Positions 32,467-42,581 of a stretch of DNA of 64,000 nucleotides are shown piece by piece. The notes beneath the pieces were generated by a model. The model saw only the letters and a program-made list of their open reading frames with translations. It was not told where the DNA came from and did not search any database. Position numbers and translations under genes: made by a program. Origin of the DNA: Methanothermococcus sp. Ax23 (GTDB taxonomy: Archaea; AGJL01; Methanococci; Methanococcales; Methanococcaceae); the NCBI RefSeq assembly GCF_049075655.1, contig NZ_CP157522.1:96001-160000 (forward strand), given 5' to 3'. Each line of letters opens with the position of its first letter. Positions within the stretch are counted from its first letter, which is position 1.

Positions 32467-33462
32467 TCACCATTTCAATTTCCAAGGAGTTGGATGGAGA
32501 ACCTTATCATTAATCAGCGGTTTCCACCACCATTCATTATTGAGATACCAATTAACAGTTTCTTTTAACCCCTCTTCAAAATCATACTTTGGCTTCCAGC
32601 CGAGCTCCTTCAATTTTGAAGAATCTAAACTATATCTAACATCATGACCTGGTCTATCTTCCACAAATTCTATCAAATCTGATGGTTTATGCATGAGCTC
32701 CAATATCATTTTAACAATTTCAATGTTCATTTTTTCATGATTTGAAGAGATATTATAAACCTCTCTTTTTTCCCCTTTTTCTAAAACCGTTTCAATCCCA
32801 CTACAATGGTCTAACACATACAGCCAATCCCTAATATTGTCTCCTTTTCCATATATTGGGATTTTTAAATCAGAGTTTGCCCTAATTATTGTTTTTGGAA
32901 TTAATTTTTCTGGAAATTGATATGGGCCGTAATTATTTGTGCATCTCGTTATCTTTGCATTTAAATTATATGTTCTCGCATACCCTAAAACAAGCATATC
33001 ACCGCCTGCTTTACCTGCTGAATAAGGAGAAGATGGCATTAGCCTATCCTTTTCTGTAAATGAACCCTCTTCAATATCTCCATACACTTCATCTGTACTG
33101 ACACCAATAATATTAACATCTGGATTATACTTCCTAATGGCCTCTAAAATTGTATAAACTCCTATAATATTACTTTCTAAAAATGAATAGGGGTCGGATA
33201 TACTTCTATCCACATGAGTTTCAGCGGCAAAATTAACAACGGCATCCACATCCTTAATCAATCCAGAAACTAATTCAAAATCGTTTATATCTCCCTTAAC
33301 GAATGAATATCTTGAATTATCAATGTCTTTTAAATTTTCTAAGTTTGAACCATAACCAAGTTTATCAAGGTTTATAACCTCCCAATCCTTATGTTTGTTT
33401 AAAATATATCTTATGAAATTACTTCCAATAAATCCTGCTCCGCCTGTAACCAACATTTTCAT
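32467..33462 (-). CDS. rfbB: dTDP-glucose 4,6-dehydratase
   Basis: TGGAGFIG, AAETHVDRS, STDEVYG, NNYGPYQFPEK, DRPGHD. Confidence 0.95.
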   Translation of the reverse strand: MKMLVTGGAGFIGSNFIRYILNKHKDWEVINLDKLGYGSNLENLKDIDNSRYSFVKGDINDFELVSGLIKDVDAVVNFAAETHVDRSISDPYSFLESNIIGVYTILEAIRKYNPDVNIIGVSTDEVYGDIEEGSFTEKDRLMPSSPYSAGKAGGDMLVLGYARTYNLNAKITRCTNNYGPYQFPEKLIPKTIIRANSDLKIPIYGKGDNIRDWLYVLDHCSGIETVLEKGEKREVYNISSNHEKMNIEIVKMILELMHKPSDLIEFVEDRPGHDVRYSLDSSKLKELGWKPKYDFEEGLKETVNWYLNNEWWWKPLINDKVLHPTPWKLKW

Positions 33463-33561
33463 TATTCCACCAATTTAATATTTATATATCGTTCTTTCTT
33501 CGTTTTTCTTTTTTTCTTTTTTTCTTTCGTTCTATTGGATTAGCTCGGAAAGGAGTGGGAC

Positions 33562-34434
33562 TTATTTAACGAGCTTTTCCAAATATTTTCCATAATCAGT
33601 TTTTAATAATGGCTCGGCAAGTTTTAGGAGCTCATCCTTTGTTATCCATCCATTATGATAGGCAATCTCTTCCAAACATCCAACCATCAATCCCATTCTT
33701 TTTTCCACTGCTGCAATAAAATTACTTGCTTCCAAAAAACTCTCATGGGTTCCAGCATCAAACCATGCCGTCCCCCTTGGTAAAAGTTTTACCTTTAATT
33801 TATTTCTTTTTAAATACTCATTATTTACATCAGTTATTTCCAACTCTCCTCTCCATGAAGGTTTTATATTTTTCGCAATATCAATAACATTATTATCGTA
33901 AAAGTAAAGACCGATTACTGCATAATTTGAAGGCGGATTTTTCGGTTTTTCAATTATTTCCTTTACATTTCCATTTTCATCAAATTCAACAACCCCATAT
34001 CTTTCAGGGTCTTTTACATACTGACCAAACACCACACCCCCTCCATCTTTTAGGAGCTCCTCTTTTGCATCAAGTAAAAATCCTGTCAATCCACTTCCAT
34101 ATACAATATTATCTCCAAGTATGAGACATACGCTGTCATCCCCTATAAACTCTTCCCCAATAATAAATGCCTCTGCAAGCCCTCTCGGTTCCAGCTGTTC
34201 TTTATATTGTATATTTATTCCCAAATGCCCACCATTTCCTAAAAGTTTTTTATATCTCGGCAAATCCTCAGGTGTTGTTATTATCAATATATCCTTAATT
34301 TTAGACAGCATTAAAACAGATAGTGAGTAATATATCATAGGTTTGTTATATATTGGCATCAGATGTTTATTTCCAGCATAGGTAATGGGATATAACCTAG
34401 TTCCAGAACCTCCCGCTAAAATTATACCTTTCAT
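33562..34434 (-). CDS. rfbA: Glucose-1-phosphate thymidylyltransferase
   Basis: [32 protein letters not shown]. Confidence 0.95.
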   Translation of the reverse strand: MKGIILAGGSGTRLYPITYAGNKHLMPIYNKPMIYYSLSVLMLSKIKDILIITTPEDLPRYKKLLGNGGHLGINIQYKEQLEPRGLAEAFIIGEEFIGDDSVCLILGDNIVYGSGLTGFLLDAKEELLKDGGGVVFGQYVKDPERYGVVEFDENGNVKEIIEKPKNPPSNYAVIGLYFYDNNVIDIAKNIKPSWRGELEITDVNNEYLKRNKLKVKLLPRGTAWFDAGTHESFLEASNFIAAVEKRMGLMVGCLEEIAYHNGWITKDELLKLAEPLLKTDYGKYLEKLVK

Positions 34435-34512
34435 TATTTCACCATTTTAATATATTTAATGTAATTTATATATTACGATAAACCGCCGGGAAAGCCAACG
34501 ACTTCAGTCGTT

Positions 34513-34547
34513 ATACAAAACATAGTTTTGTAAAATCTCTTACGAGA
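34513..34547 (+). mobile_element. Double-hairpin micro-insertion splitting the IS left-end hairpin
   Basis: tt|atacaaaac-ata-gttttgta-aaatctc-ttac-gaga|tt. Removing it restores ccaacgacttcagtcgttgg. Confidence 0.75.
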
Positions 34548-34644
34548 TTGGATGAGAGGCGGACATTCTATATTCCACACAATCAAAAATTATATGTAAT
34601 TAAATAATATGTAATTAAATATATAAACTATATTTATAAGAACT

Positions 34645-35918
34645 ATGGTGAATTCCATGCAAGTAACCAGAGTGCTGACAATAAACCTAACAAGAAAACT
34701 AACCAATGAACAATTAATAATCATAAACCATTTAACCTATTCAGCATCAAAACTCTGGAATACATCCAACTACGAAGTAATACAGCGAAATATTAAACCA
34801 AATAAAATAGATGTTCAAATGAAGAACAACTTCTGGTTTAAAAATCTTCATTCACAGTCAGCACAGGCAGTATGTCAAAAACTTCAAATTAGACGAAAAC
34901 CTTCGGTTTTCGTTGCTCGCTTGCTACGCAAGCGATTGCATGGCAAAACTACTTCAAACAGCACACTAAAAGACCACGATACCAACCAAAAGATGGACAC
35001 TTTCCCGTAAAATGGAAGAAGCAAGGTTTCAAAATCATAGGCAATAAGTTAAGGTTATCATTATCTAAACAAACTAAAAACTATCTCAAAGAGAAGCATG
35101 GTATCAAGTCCAAGTACTTATGGGTAGATTTATCGAAAACTCTACCGCTTGATACCATGCAGGTTAAAGAAGTTGAGATAGTTCCGCAGACCATCTATGG
35201 GATAACCTACTACATACTTCACTTAATCCATAAGAAACCAGTAATTCAAGAACCTATCAAAGAAGGTAATATACTAAGTATTGATTTAGGAATTAAGAAT
35301 TTAGCAACAGTAGTAACCAATACGGGCAGTGCAGTAATCTACGATGGAAGAAGGTTAATTTCTAAATTCCGATGGTTTGCTAAAAGTAAAGGAAAAATCC
35401 AATCTACCCTAACAAAGCAAGAGTTAAAATATAATAAACGATTATCCCGCTTAACAGTAAGGGAAAAGAATTATACTAAGGATTATCTACATAAAATAAG
35501 TAAAATGATTATCGATTTTGCAGTGGATAACAAAGTTTCAAGGATTGTAATCGGCGAGTTAAACAAAGGCATTTCAAGTATTGACATTGGAGATAGGGTT
35601 AATCAGCAATTGCATAGAATACCTTTTGGTAGGTTAGTAAGTATGATAACATATAAGGCAGAGGAAAAGGGATTAACAGTAGAACAGGTTAATGAAGCTT
35701 ATACTTCTCAAACTTGCAGTAATTGTGGTGTAGTTAAAAAGAGTAATAGGAAGTATAGGGGTTTGTATGTGTGTAGTGAGTGTGGCATGGTTTTGAATGC
35801 AGACATTAACGGGGCTTTGAATATTTTAAAAAAAGTATCGCATAAGGTAGCCCTGAATCTCCTAAACGGAGATAGGGGTAGTGGGCTTGGCAACCCATGT
35901 AGGGTTAGACCCTGCTAA
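34645..35918 (+). pseudogene. tnpB: TnpB RNA-guided nuclease frameshifted by a 47 bp insertion
   Basis: N-terminal SKLWN..LHSQSAQ; RuvC SIDLG / IVIGEL / NADINGA; Zn finger CSNC..CSEC. Removing 47 bp joins both ORFs into 408 aa with no stops. Confidence 0.9.
34891..34934 (+). mobile_element. Double-hairpin micro-insertion with ATT duplication inside tnpB
   Basis: att|ag-acgaaaacc-ttc-ggttttcgt-tgc-tcgcttgc-tac-gcaagcg|att. Confidence 0.88.
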
Positions 35919-36030
35919 AGAACCCCACGACTTTAGTCGTGGGAGTAGGTCAGTTAATGCTAAAATCAAAGGTTTTTTAATCACCTTGAAGGAATTTTTA
36001 ATCCTCCACTACACATAGGATGGTGCCATT

Positions 36031-36774
36031 ATGTTTCTATTCAATGAAAAAATTTCAATAAAGGAAACCAATATAACTTTAAAAACAGAGGCAGAAAAAT
36101 TTATAAAACTTGCAAAAAAAACCATTTTAAGGGAAAGAATAAATCTTGAAAATTATATTTTAAAACATCCTGAATTCCTAACAAGCTATGTCCCAGTAAG
36201 GGTTAGTGTTGATGCACCGAAAATAGTTAAGATAATGGCAAGAGCAGGAGAAAATGCAGATGTTGGACCTATGGCATCTGTTGCAGGAACCATAAGTCAG
36301 ATGGTAGTTGAAAATGCTGTAAAATATGGATGTAAAAATATAATATCGGAGAACGGTGGAGATATAGCACTAAGGGCTGAGAAAGATATTGTGGTTGGGC
36401 TATATGCTGGAACATCTTCATTATCTGGTCAGATTGGATTTAAAATAGAAAAAGAGAAAACTTCAAAAGGATATGGTGTATGCACATCTTCGGGGACTGT
36501 TGGGCATTCTGTAAGCCTTGGAAATGCTGATGCAGTTGTGGTTTTTGCAAAAGAAAGTAGTATAGCAGATGCCGCAGCCACGAGTATAGGAAACTTTGCC
36601 ACCGGAGCTCCTGATGAAGCCATTAATAAATGTTTGGAAAAGGCAGAAGATATTGATTATTTAGACGGCGTTTTTGTCGTTGTTGGAGAATATGCCGGTA
36701 AAATCGGAAAAATACCACAATTGGTTAAAACCGATAAAAAAGTTGCACTTGGAGAGTTTTTTGAGATGATATAA
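36031..36774 (+). CDS. UPF0280 (ApbE-superfamily) protein
   Basis: VGPMASVAG, ENGGDI, CTSSGTVGHSVSLG, ADAAAT. Confidence 0.88.
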   Translation: MFLFNEKISIKETNITLKTEAEKFIKLAKKTILRERINLENYILKHPEFLTSYVPVRVSVDAPKIVKIMARAGENADVGPMASVAGTISQMVVENAVKYGCKNIISENGGDIALRAEKDIVVGLYAGTSSLSGQIGFKIEKEKTSKGYGVCTSSGTVGHSVSLGNADAVVVFAKESSIADAAATSIGNFATGAPDEAINKCLEKAEDIDYLDGVFVVVGEYAGKIGKIPQLVKTDKKVALGEFFEMI

Positions 36775-36803
36775 CAATTATTAATATAATTACAAAATGT
36801 TTT

Positions 36804-37436
36804 TTAGAATATATTTTTTTCCCGGAGCTCCCCTATTATCTCATCATGCACTTCTTCAATGGTCTTTCCAGTGGTATCTATTTGAATATATCCATATTTT
36901 GGTTCAAACAATCTTCTTTCAATGATTTCATGATATTTTTTTCTTACCTTCTCCAACATTTCCTTATTTTCAAATATTTCTTTACTTCTTCCACCCATTC
37001 TTTTAAATGATTCTTCAATATCCACATCTAAAAATATTAAAACATCGGGTTTTTTGGCAAATTTATTGATATTCATGATAAAATCCAATTCAATCCCCTG
37101 AATAGACTGATAAACCATTGAAGAATAAATATATCTATCGCAAACAATGTGGGATTTTTTTAAATTTTGTTCTATATCCACTACATGCTCCACCCTATCT
37201 GCTGCAAACAGCAGTGCAAGTGTTTCTTTTTCGCATTTCGAGCGTAGCGAGGAATGAGCAAGTCCGCAGGATTTGCGTAATTTTTTACCGCTTAATACCT
37301 TTCGTATAAGTTTTCCAATCTCTCCATTTGTAGGTTCGCAGGTGTATTTTCCCTTTATTTTTTCAGAAAGTAGTTTCGACTGGGTAGTTTTTCCGCTTCC
37401 ATCTATTCCTTCAAACACTATGAATTTATTATTCAT
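36804..37436 (-). CDS. tmk: Thymidylate kinase carrying a 15 aa in-frame insertion
   Basis: [31 protein letters not shown]; extra segment [15 protein letters not shown]. Confidence 0.93.
   Translation of the reverse strand: MNNKFIVFEGIDGSGKTTQSKLLSEKIKGKYTCEPTNGEIGKLIRKVLSGKKLRKSCGLAHSSLRSKCEKETLALLFAADRVEHVVDIEQNLKKSHIVCDRYIYSSMVYQSIQGIELDFIMNINKFAKKPDVLIFLDVDIEESFKRMGGRSKEIFENKEMLEKVRKKYHEIIERRLFEPKYGYIQIDTTGKTIEEVHDEIIGELREKNIF
37239..37279 (-). mobile_element. Double-hairpin micro-insertion (AAAT duplication, net 45 bp) inside tmk
   Basis: Minus strand reads aaat|tac-gcaaatcc-tgc-ggacttgc-tcattc-ctcgctacgctcg|aaat. Confidence 0.85.
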
Positions 37437-37569
37437 TTCTTCCACCAAATGCTAAATACTGCTATACACTATACTGTTTATAACTAAAAAGAGAATATAA
37501 TAAAATATATGATATAACAAATCCGCATAATAATATCCATTATAATAATACAGGTTTACAATTATAGAT

Positions 37570-39495
37570 TTATAAATTCTTTAATAATTCAATTTCTTTA
37601 TCCAAATCTGGTTTTCTTATGCTTTTTACTGAAAATTCAAGGTCTTCAAACCTTCTATCTGCTGAACCATGGAATATAAATTCTTCACCAAGTAATGCAT
37701 CCAGGAGCTCCAAATTAGCATCTTTCAATTTATCCATTGGAGTTTCAGTAATTCTTTCCACAGTTCTACCGTATAATCTGCAAGTAATGTTGCCTGTGCC
37801 ATCATCCACGGTTAATGTAGCTACTGCAACTTCCCTAGGTTCAACTTCTCCGCATTCATCACAATTATAACTACCTTCGCTTAAAACTGCTTTTTTACCA
37901 CAATTTGGGCACAAATGCAATATTAAATCCTGTTTTCTGTAATCTACAATTGCCCCTCTAATTTCAGCAGTTTCTCCTTCTTCAAGCTCTTTTATAAACT
38001 TCCTATTTACTTTTATATCTATACCTTCGGGATTGACAACAATTCTTCCAAATCTACCTATGTTTAAATCAACAAATTCCCCGCTATCCTTCACATATCC
38101 ATGAATTATTTTTACAATATCTCCCTCTTTTATGTCGAGCTCCGCATCCTTGTCCCATAACACCAATCTGATTTTTCCAGTTTCATCTTCTATCATCATG
38201 TTTCTTACTTTTCCTGTGGTTCCGTCGCCTCTTTCAAATTCATTAATATCATATATAACTGATACCCTTCCAACTGTTGTAATGTCATTTTTTGATTCTT
38301 CATCTAATTTATAAATATCATTTATTTTAATTATGTTTTCAGCGTATTCAGGAGCTCCGATGGATTCATCCTTTATTACTTTTGAATCAGATTGTGCAGA
38401 TAATGATATTATTTCATTCCCTTCAAAATCGGTGTAGGATTTAACCTTACAGTTTGTGATTTTTACGGCGTCTCCTTCTTTTATATCATTTAACGCATTG
38501 GTATTTCTTCCCCAAAATGATATTCTAACATTTCCGCTGTTGTCCATTAAATTAATTTCCTGAACATCCACCTCCCTATCATCAAATTTAACCGTTCTTG
38601 GATTTGAAATATGGGTAATTCTACCCTTTACAATTACAACATCATCCTTGTAGTTTGGGAGCTCCGATATATCCACCTCTGGAACCTCTGCAACTTCTCC
38701 TTTATTTAATATATTTATGGTATTGACATTTATATCAAGTCCTCTTAATCCTTCCTTCACATAACCTTTTACCTCAACAACGTCCCCCTTATTTACCTCA
38801 ATTTCTGCCAAATCATCCCAGAGAGTGCCCCTTATTGTTCCCGTATCATCTTTTAGTATGAAGGATTTTACCCTTCCAACTGACCCATCTTTTCTTGGGA
38901 ATTCTCTCTTATCATAGGATGCTGTAATTTCTCCCTTTATTGTGGCAGGCATATTTGGGGTGAGCTCTGAAATACTATAATATTCCTTCACTATGGGATA
39001 CTTAGATTCATCGTAATCTTCAAGTTTTTCAATGTTTAAATCAGAACCGCTGTTTAATTCGATTCTATTATTCCATTTTCTTGAAAATGCGTTTGTTATT
39101 TCAATAACATCCCCTTTTTTTAAATTATCAACCAGTTGCACCTTATCATTCCAAAGTGTTAATCTAATGGAACCTGTATTATCTGCAATAATTATGCTCC
39201 TTACTTTTCCCTTTGTTCCATCTTTTCTGCTAAATTCCTTTACGTCAGAAATATCCATAATTTTTCCAGTGACTTCTACATTTCTCTGACCTTCGGCTAT
39301 ATCTTTAATAGAAAAGCCATATTCTTCATCATCGTCATATTCTAAATCTAAGCCTAAATCACTGGCAATTATTGAAATTGCAGCTTTTTCATCCATTAAT
39401 CCAGAGTGTTCATTTATTACTTCATTAATTTTAGTTTCAAGTTCTTTTTCAGACATTTTTGTCAATATTTTTTGTTTTAATTTTTCAATATCCAT
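37570..39495 (-). CDS. rpa: Replication protein A (multi-OB-fold ssDNA-binding protein with Zn finger)
   Basis: Four DxTG.IR.TLW OB-fold repeats plus CPNC..CDEC. Confidence 0.92.
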   Translation of the reverse strand: MDIEKLKQKILTKMSEKELETKINEVINEHSGLMDEKAAISIIASDLGLDLEYDDDEEYGFSIKDIAEGQRNVEVTGKIMDISDVKEFSRKDGTKGKVRSIIIADNTGSIRLTLWNDKVQLVDNLKKGDVIEITNAFSRKWNNRIELNSGSDLNIEKLEDYDESKYPIVKEYYSISELTPNMPATIKGEITASYDKREFPRKDGSVGRVKSFILKDDTGTIRGTLWDDLAEIEVNKGDVVEVKGYVKEGLRGLDINVNTINILNKGEVAEVPEVDISELPNYKDDVVIVKGRITHISNPRTVKFDDREVDVQEINLMDNSGNVRISFWGRNTNALNDIKEGDAVKITNCKVKSYTDFEGNEIISLSAQSDSKVIKDESIGAPEYAENIIKINDIYKLDEESKNDITTVGRVSVIYDINEFERGDGTTGKVRNMMIEDETGKIRLVLWDKDAELDIKEGDIVKIIHGYVKDSGEFVDLNIGRFGRIVVNPEGIDIKVNRKFIKELEEGETAEIRGAIVDYRKQDLILHLCPNCGKKAVLSEGSYNCDECGEVEPREVAVATLTVDDGTGNITCRLYGRTVERITETPMDKLKDANLELLDALLGEEFIFHGSADRRFEDLEFSVKSIRKPDLDKEIELLKNL

Positions 39496-39608
39496 AATTT
39501 CACCATATTAAACGTAGTGAGAGATTACGAAACCTTGTTTCGTTGTTTTATTTTTTAATGCAATTTAAAATCTCTGATTTTTATTATTCTGAGTATTAGT
39601 GAGAGATT

Positions 39609-39645
39609 GGACAAAAATCAGAAGATTTTTGTAGCACCTTTCGTG
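39609..39645 (+). mobile_element. Double-hairpin micro-insertion with ATT duplication upstream of rpa
   Basis: att|gg-acaaaaatc-agaa-gatttttgt-ag-cac-ctttc-gtg|att. Confidence 0.65.
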
Positions 39646-39964
39646 ATTAAACTCTCTCTTTGAGATTTAGATTATATCGAAGATAATTAGAAAATCCCTA
39701 TTTCTTAAAATCAATATTAATAATCATTAAATAATATATACTATGAAATCATAATAAAACTATTAAATAAATTTATAAATATTGGACCTATGACTATATT
39801 AAGTTAATCATAATATTATAAAATAAAGACTATAAAATATTTTATATATGATAAAATTAATTATTTCTTAGTTTCTTAGCAGCGATAAATATAAGTAAAA
39901 AGAGATATATCATAATCCAAAATATTAATCAACAAAAATAAGTCAAAAAAAGGATAGTGAGAAA

Positions 39965-41179
39965 ATGATTCAAAAATGTATAGTATGTGGAAAAGAATAC
40001 GGCATTGATGATATGATATATACCTGCGAATGTGGAGGATTACTGGAAATTAAATATGACTACGAATCTTTAAAGGAAAATGTATCCAAAGAAAGTCTCA
40101 GAAAAAGAGAAATTGGAGTTTGGAGATATTTAGACTACCTTCCAGTAAAAGACCCAAAAAAGATAATCTCACTTCATGAGGGAGGAACTCCATTATATAA
40201 ATGTGATAACCTTGCCAAGGAGCTCGGTTTGAAGGAGCTCTATGTGAAAAATGAAGGGGCAAATCCAACAGGTAGCTTCAAAGATAGAGGAATGACCATG
40301 GGAGTTACCAGAGCAAATGAATTAGGTGTGGATGTTGTTGGATGTGCTTCTACTGGAAATACCTCTGCATCACTTGCAGCATACTCTGCAAGAGCTAACA
40401 AAAAATGTATTGTATTATTGCCAAGTGGAAATGTTGCACTTGGAAAACTTGCACAGGCAATGTTTTATGGTGCAAAAGTTATCCAAATAGGCGGAAACTT
40501 TGATGATGCTCTTTTAATGGTAAGAAAACTTGCAGAAGAAGGTAGATTATATTTATTAAACTCAGTGAATCCATTTAGATTAGAAGGTCAAAAAACCATA
40601 GGATTTGAGATTTGTGACCAGCTTGATTGGGAAGTTCCTGACAGGGTAATTCTCCCAGTAGGAAACGCAGGAAACATAAGTGCAATATGGAAAGGATTTA
40701 AAGAATTTAAGGAAACTGGTATAACTGACAAACTTCCAAAAATGACGGGTATTCAAGCGGAAGGTGCGAGCCCTATTGTTGAAGCATTTAAAAAAGGATT
40801 AAAAACCATAGTTCCAGAAGAACATCCTGAAACAATAGCAACTGCTATAAGAATAGGAAATCCTGTAAATTATCCAAAAGCACTTGATGCAATATATTCA
40901 TCAGGCGGTCTTGCAGAAAGTGTGAGCGATGAAGAGATAACAGCAGCTCAGAAACTTCTTGCAGGAAAAGAAGGAATATTTGTTGAGCCAGCATCAGCAG
41001 CATCAATAGCAGGACTTATAAAATTAATTGAAATGGATGCTATTGATAGGGATGAAAAAATCGTATGTATTACAACAGGAAATGGATTGAAAGACCCTGA
41101 CGCTGCAATAAGGGCTAGTGAAAGACCTATCGAAATTGAATGCGATATGGATATACTCCACAGCGTAATAACTGAATAA
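39965..41179 (+). CDS. thrC: Threonine synthase
   Basis: NPTGSFKDRG, CASTGNTS, PVGNAGN, EPASA, TGNGLKD. Confidence 0.95.
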   Translation: MIQKCIVCGKEYGIDDMIYTCECGGLLEIKYDYESLKENVSKESLRKREIGVWRYLDYLPVKDPKKIISLHEGGTPLYKCDNLAKELGLKELYVKNEGANPTGSFKDRGMTMGVTRANELGVDVVGCASTGNTSASLAAYSARANKKCIVLLPSGNVALGKLAQAMFYGAKVIQIGGNFDDALLMVRKLAEEGRLYLLNSVNPFRLEGQKTIGFEICDQLDWEVPDRVILPVGNAGNISAIWKGFKEFKETGITDKLPKMTGIQAEGASPIVEAFKKGLKTIVPEEHPETIATAIRIGNPVNYPKALDAIYSSGGLAESVSDEEITAAQKLLAGKEGIFVEPASAASIAGLIKLIEMDAIDRDEKIVCITTGNGLKDPDAAIRASERPIEIECDMDILHSVITE

Positions 41180-41233
41180 ATAATAAGAAATAGAAATTAA
41201 AAATAAATAAAATTTTAAAATGGTGGTGAAATT

Positions 41234-41740
41234 ATGGAAAAAACAATAGAAGGCAAAGCATGGGTTTTTGGGGATAATGTCGATACTGATGCTATACTTC
41301 CTGCAAGATATTTAGTATATACCACAGAAGAAGAACTAGCAAGATACGCTATGACTGGAATAGACCCAGAATTTCCAGAAAAAGCAAATAAAGGAGACAT
41401 TATCGTAGGTGGAAAAAACTTTGGTTCTGGAAGTTCAAGAGAACATGCGCCGATGGGATTAAAAGGATTAGGCATATCTTTGGTAATTGCTGAAAGTTTC
41501 GCAAGAATATTTTACAGAAATTCCATAAATATCGGGCTTCCATTATTGGAATGTAAGGAAATTACAAAACATGTTAAAGAAGGAGATATTTTAAGGGTAG
41601 ATTTAGATAAGGGAACAATAACAAACCTCACAACAGGGGAAGAATTAAAAGGTCAAAAACTTCCAGATTTCATGATGGACATTTTAAATGACGGTGGATT
41701 AATGCCTCATTTAAAAAAGAAATTATCTGCTAATGAATAA
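41234..41740 (+). CDS. leuD: Isopropylmalate/citramalate isomerase small subunit
   Basis: DNVDTDAILP, YLVY specificity loop, GSSREHAP, FARIFYRN. Confidence 0.88.
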   Translation: MEKTIEGKAWVFGDNVDTDAILPARYLVYTTEEELARYAMTGIDPEFPEKANKGDIIVGGKNFGSGSSREHAPMGLKGLGISLVIAESFARIFYRNSINIGLPLLECKEITKHVKEGDILRVDLDKGTITNLTTGEELKGQKLPDFMMDILNDGGLMPHLKKKLSANE

Positions 41741-41805
41741 AGAGACGTAGAAATTAATATTAGTTTTTCATCATCATTTTTTCATTTTTTTTACATGGTG
41801 ATTAT

Positions 41806-42447
41806 ATGGGCACTAAAAAAATTAAAACCTATCAAAAGCTTTTTGCTGTTGGAATATGTTCAGTTTTGTTATTTACTGTTTATTTTTACAGAGACCCAGA
41901 CCGGACTATACCTAATGGGAATAACTTATGTGTTTCCCCAGCAGATGGAAACATATTATATATAGAAGAATATAATGGACTTCCAGAAGTCTATAAGGAT
42001 GGAAATAACTATATCTTGAAGGGCATCGATAAATACTACAAAAACGGCTCCTATGTTATTGGTATATTTATGTCTCCATTTGATGTCCATGTTAATAGAG
42101 CTCCGGTTGGAGGGGAAGTAGTATATACAAAACATATAGATGGTGGATTTTATCCTGCGTTTATGGGGGATTTGTCCAAAAAAAATGAGCGAAATATAAT
42201 CATTATCAAAAATGGGAGTGATTATATCGGCGTTGTTCAGATTGCAGGCATTGTGGCAAGGAGAACAGTTTGCAATGTTAATGACGGGGATTATGTTGCC
42301 ATGGGTCAGAGAATAGGTCTTATAAAGTTAGGCTCTCAAACTGCGGTTATACTCCCAAAGGACAGATATGTTTTAAAAGTAAAGAAAAATGACAAGGTAT
42401 ATGCCGGAGAAACCATAATCGCAGAGAAAATAAATAGAAATAACTAA
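41806..42447 (+). CDS. psd: Phosphatidylserine/archaetidylserine decarboxylase proenzyme
   Basis: FYRDPDR, SPADG, FMSPFDVHVNRAP, LGS autocleavage site. Confidence 0.9.
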   Translation: MGTKKIKTYQKLFAVGICSVLLFTVYFYRDPDRTIPNGNNLCVSPADGNILYIEEYNGLPEVYKDGNNYILKGIDKYYKNGSYVIGIFMSPFDVHVNRAPVGGEVVYTKHIDGGFYPAFMGDLSKKNERNIIIIKNGSDYIGVVQIAGIVARRTVCNVNDGDYVAMGQRIGLIKLGSQTAVILPKDRYVLKVKKNDKVYAGETIIAEKINRNN

Positions 42448-42581
42448 TTCTTTTTTCTTTTTTGTCGAGTGTTTATAAACCTATGTCATTAAAACATAAT
42501 ACTTAACCATTTTAGTTAATAGTTATCTTTATATATTATAATCCATCCAATAATATATTAAAGTTTTTCAAATTGGGTGGC

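Larger units (their letters stand above)
34482..35952 (+). mobile_element. Non-autonomous IS200/IS605-family element (tnpB only)
   Basis: Subterminal hairpins ccaacgac-ttca-gtcgtt(gg) at left (interrupted) and cccacgac-ttta-gtcgtggg at right, followed by agtaggtca. No tnpA. Ends are approximate. Confidence 0.85.

Noticed and set aside
33485-33561. Pyrimidine tract (ttctttt repeats) between rfbA and rfbB
   Set aside because: Low-complexity sequence with no supportable function; possibly a terminator for antisense transcription.
35958-35980. taaaatcaaaggtttttta next to the IS right end
   Set aside because: A weak AT-rich stem expected by chance.
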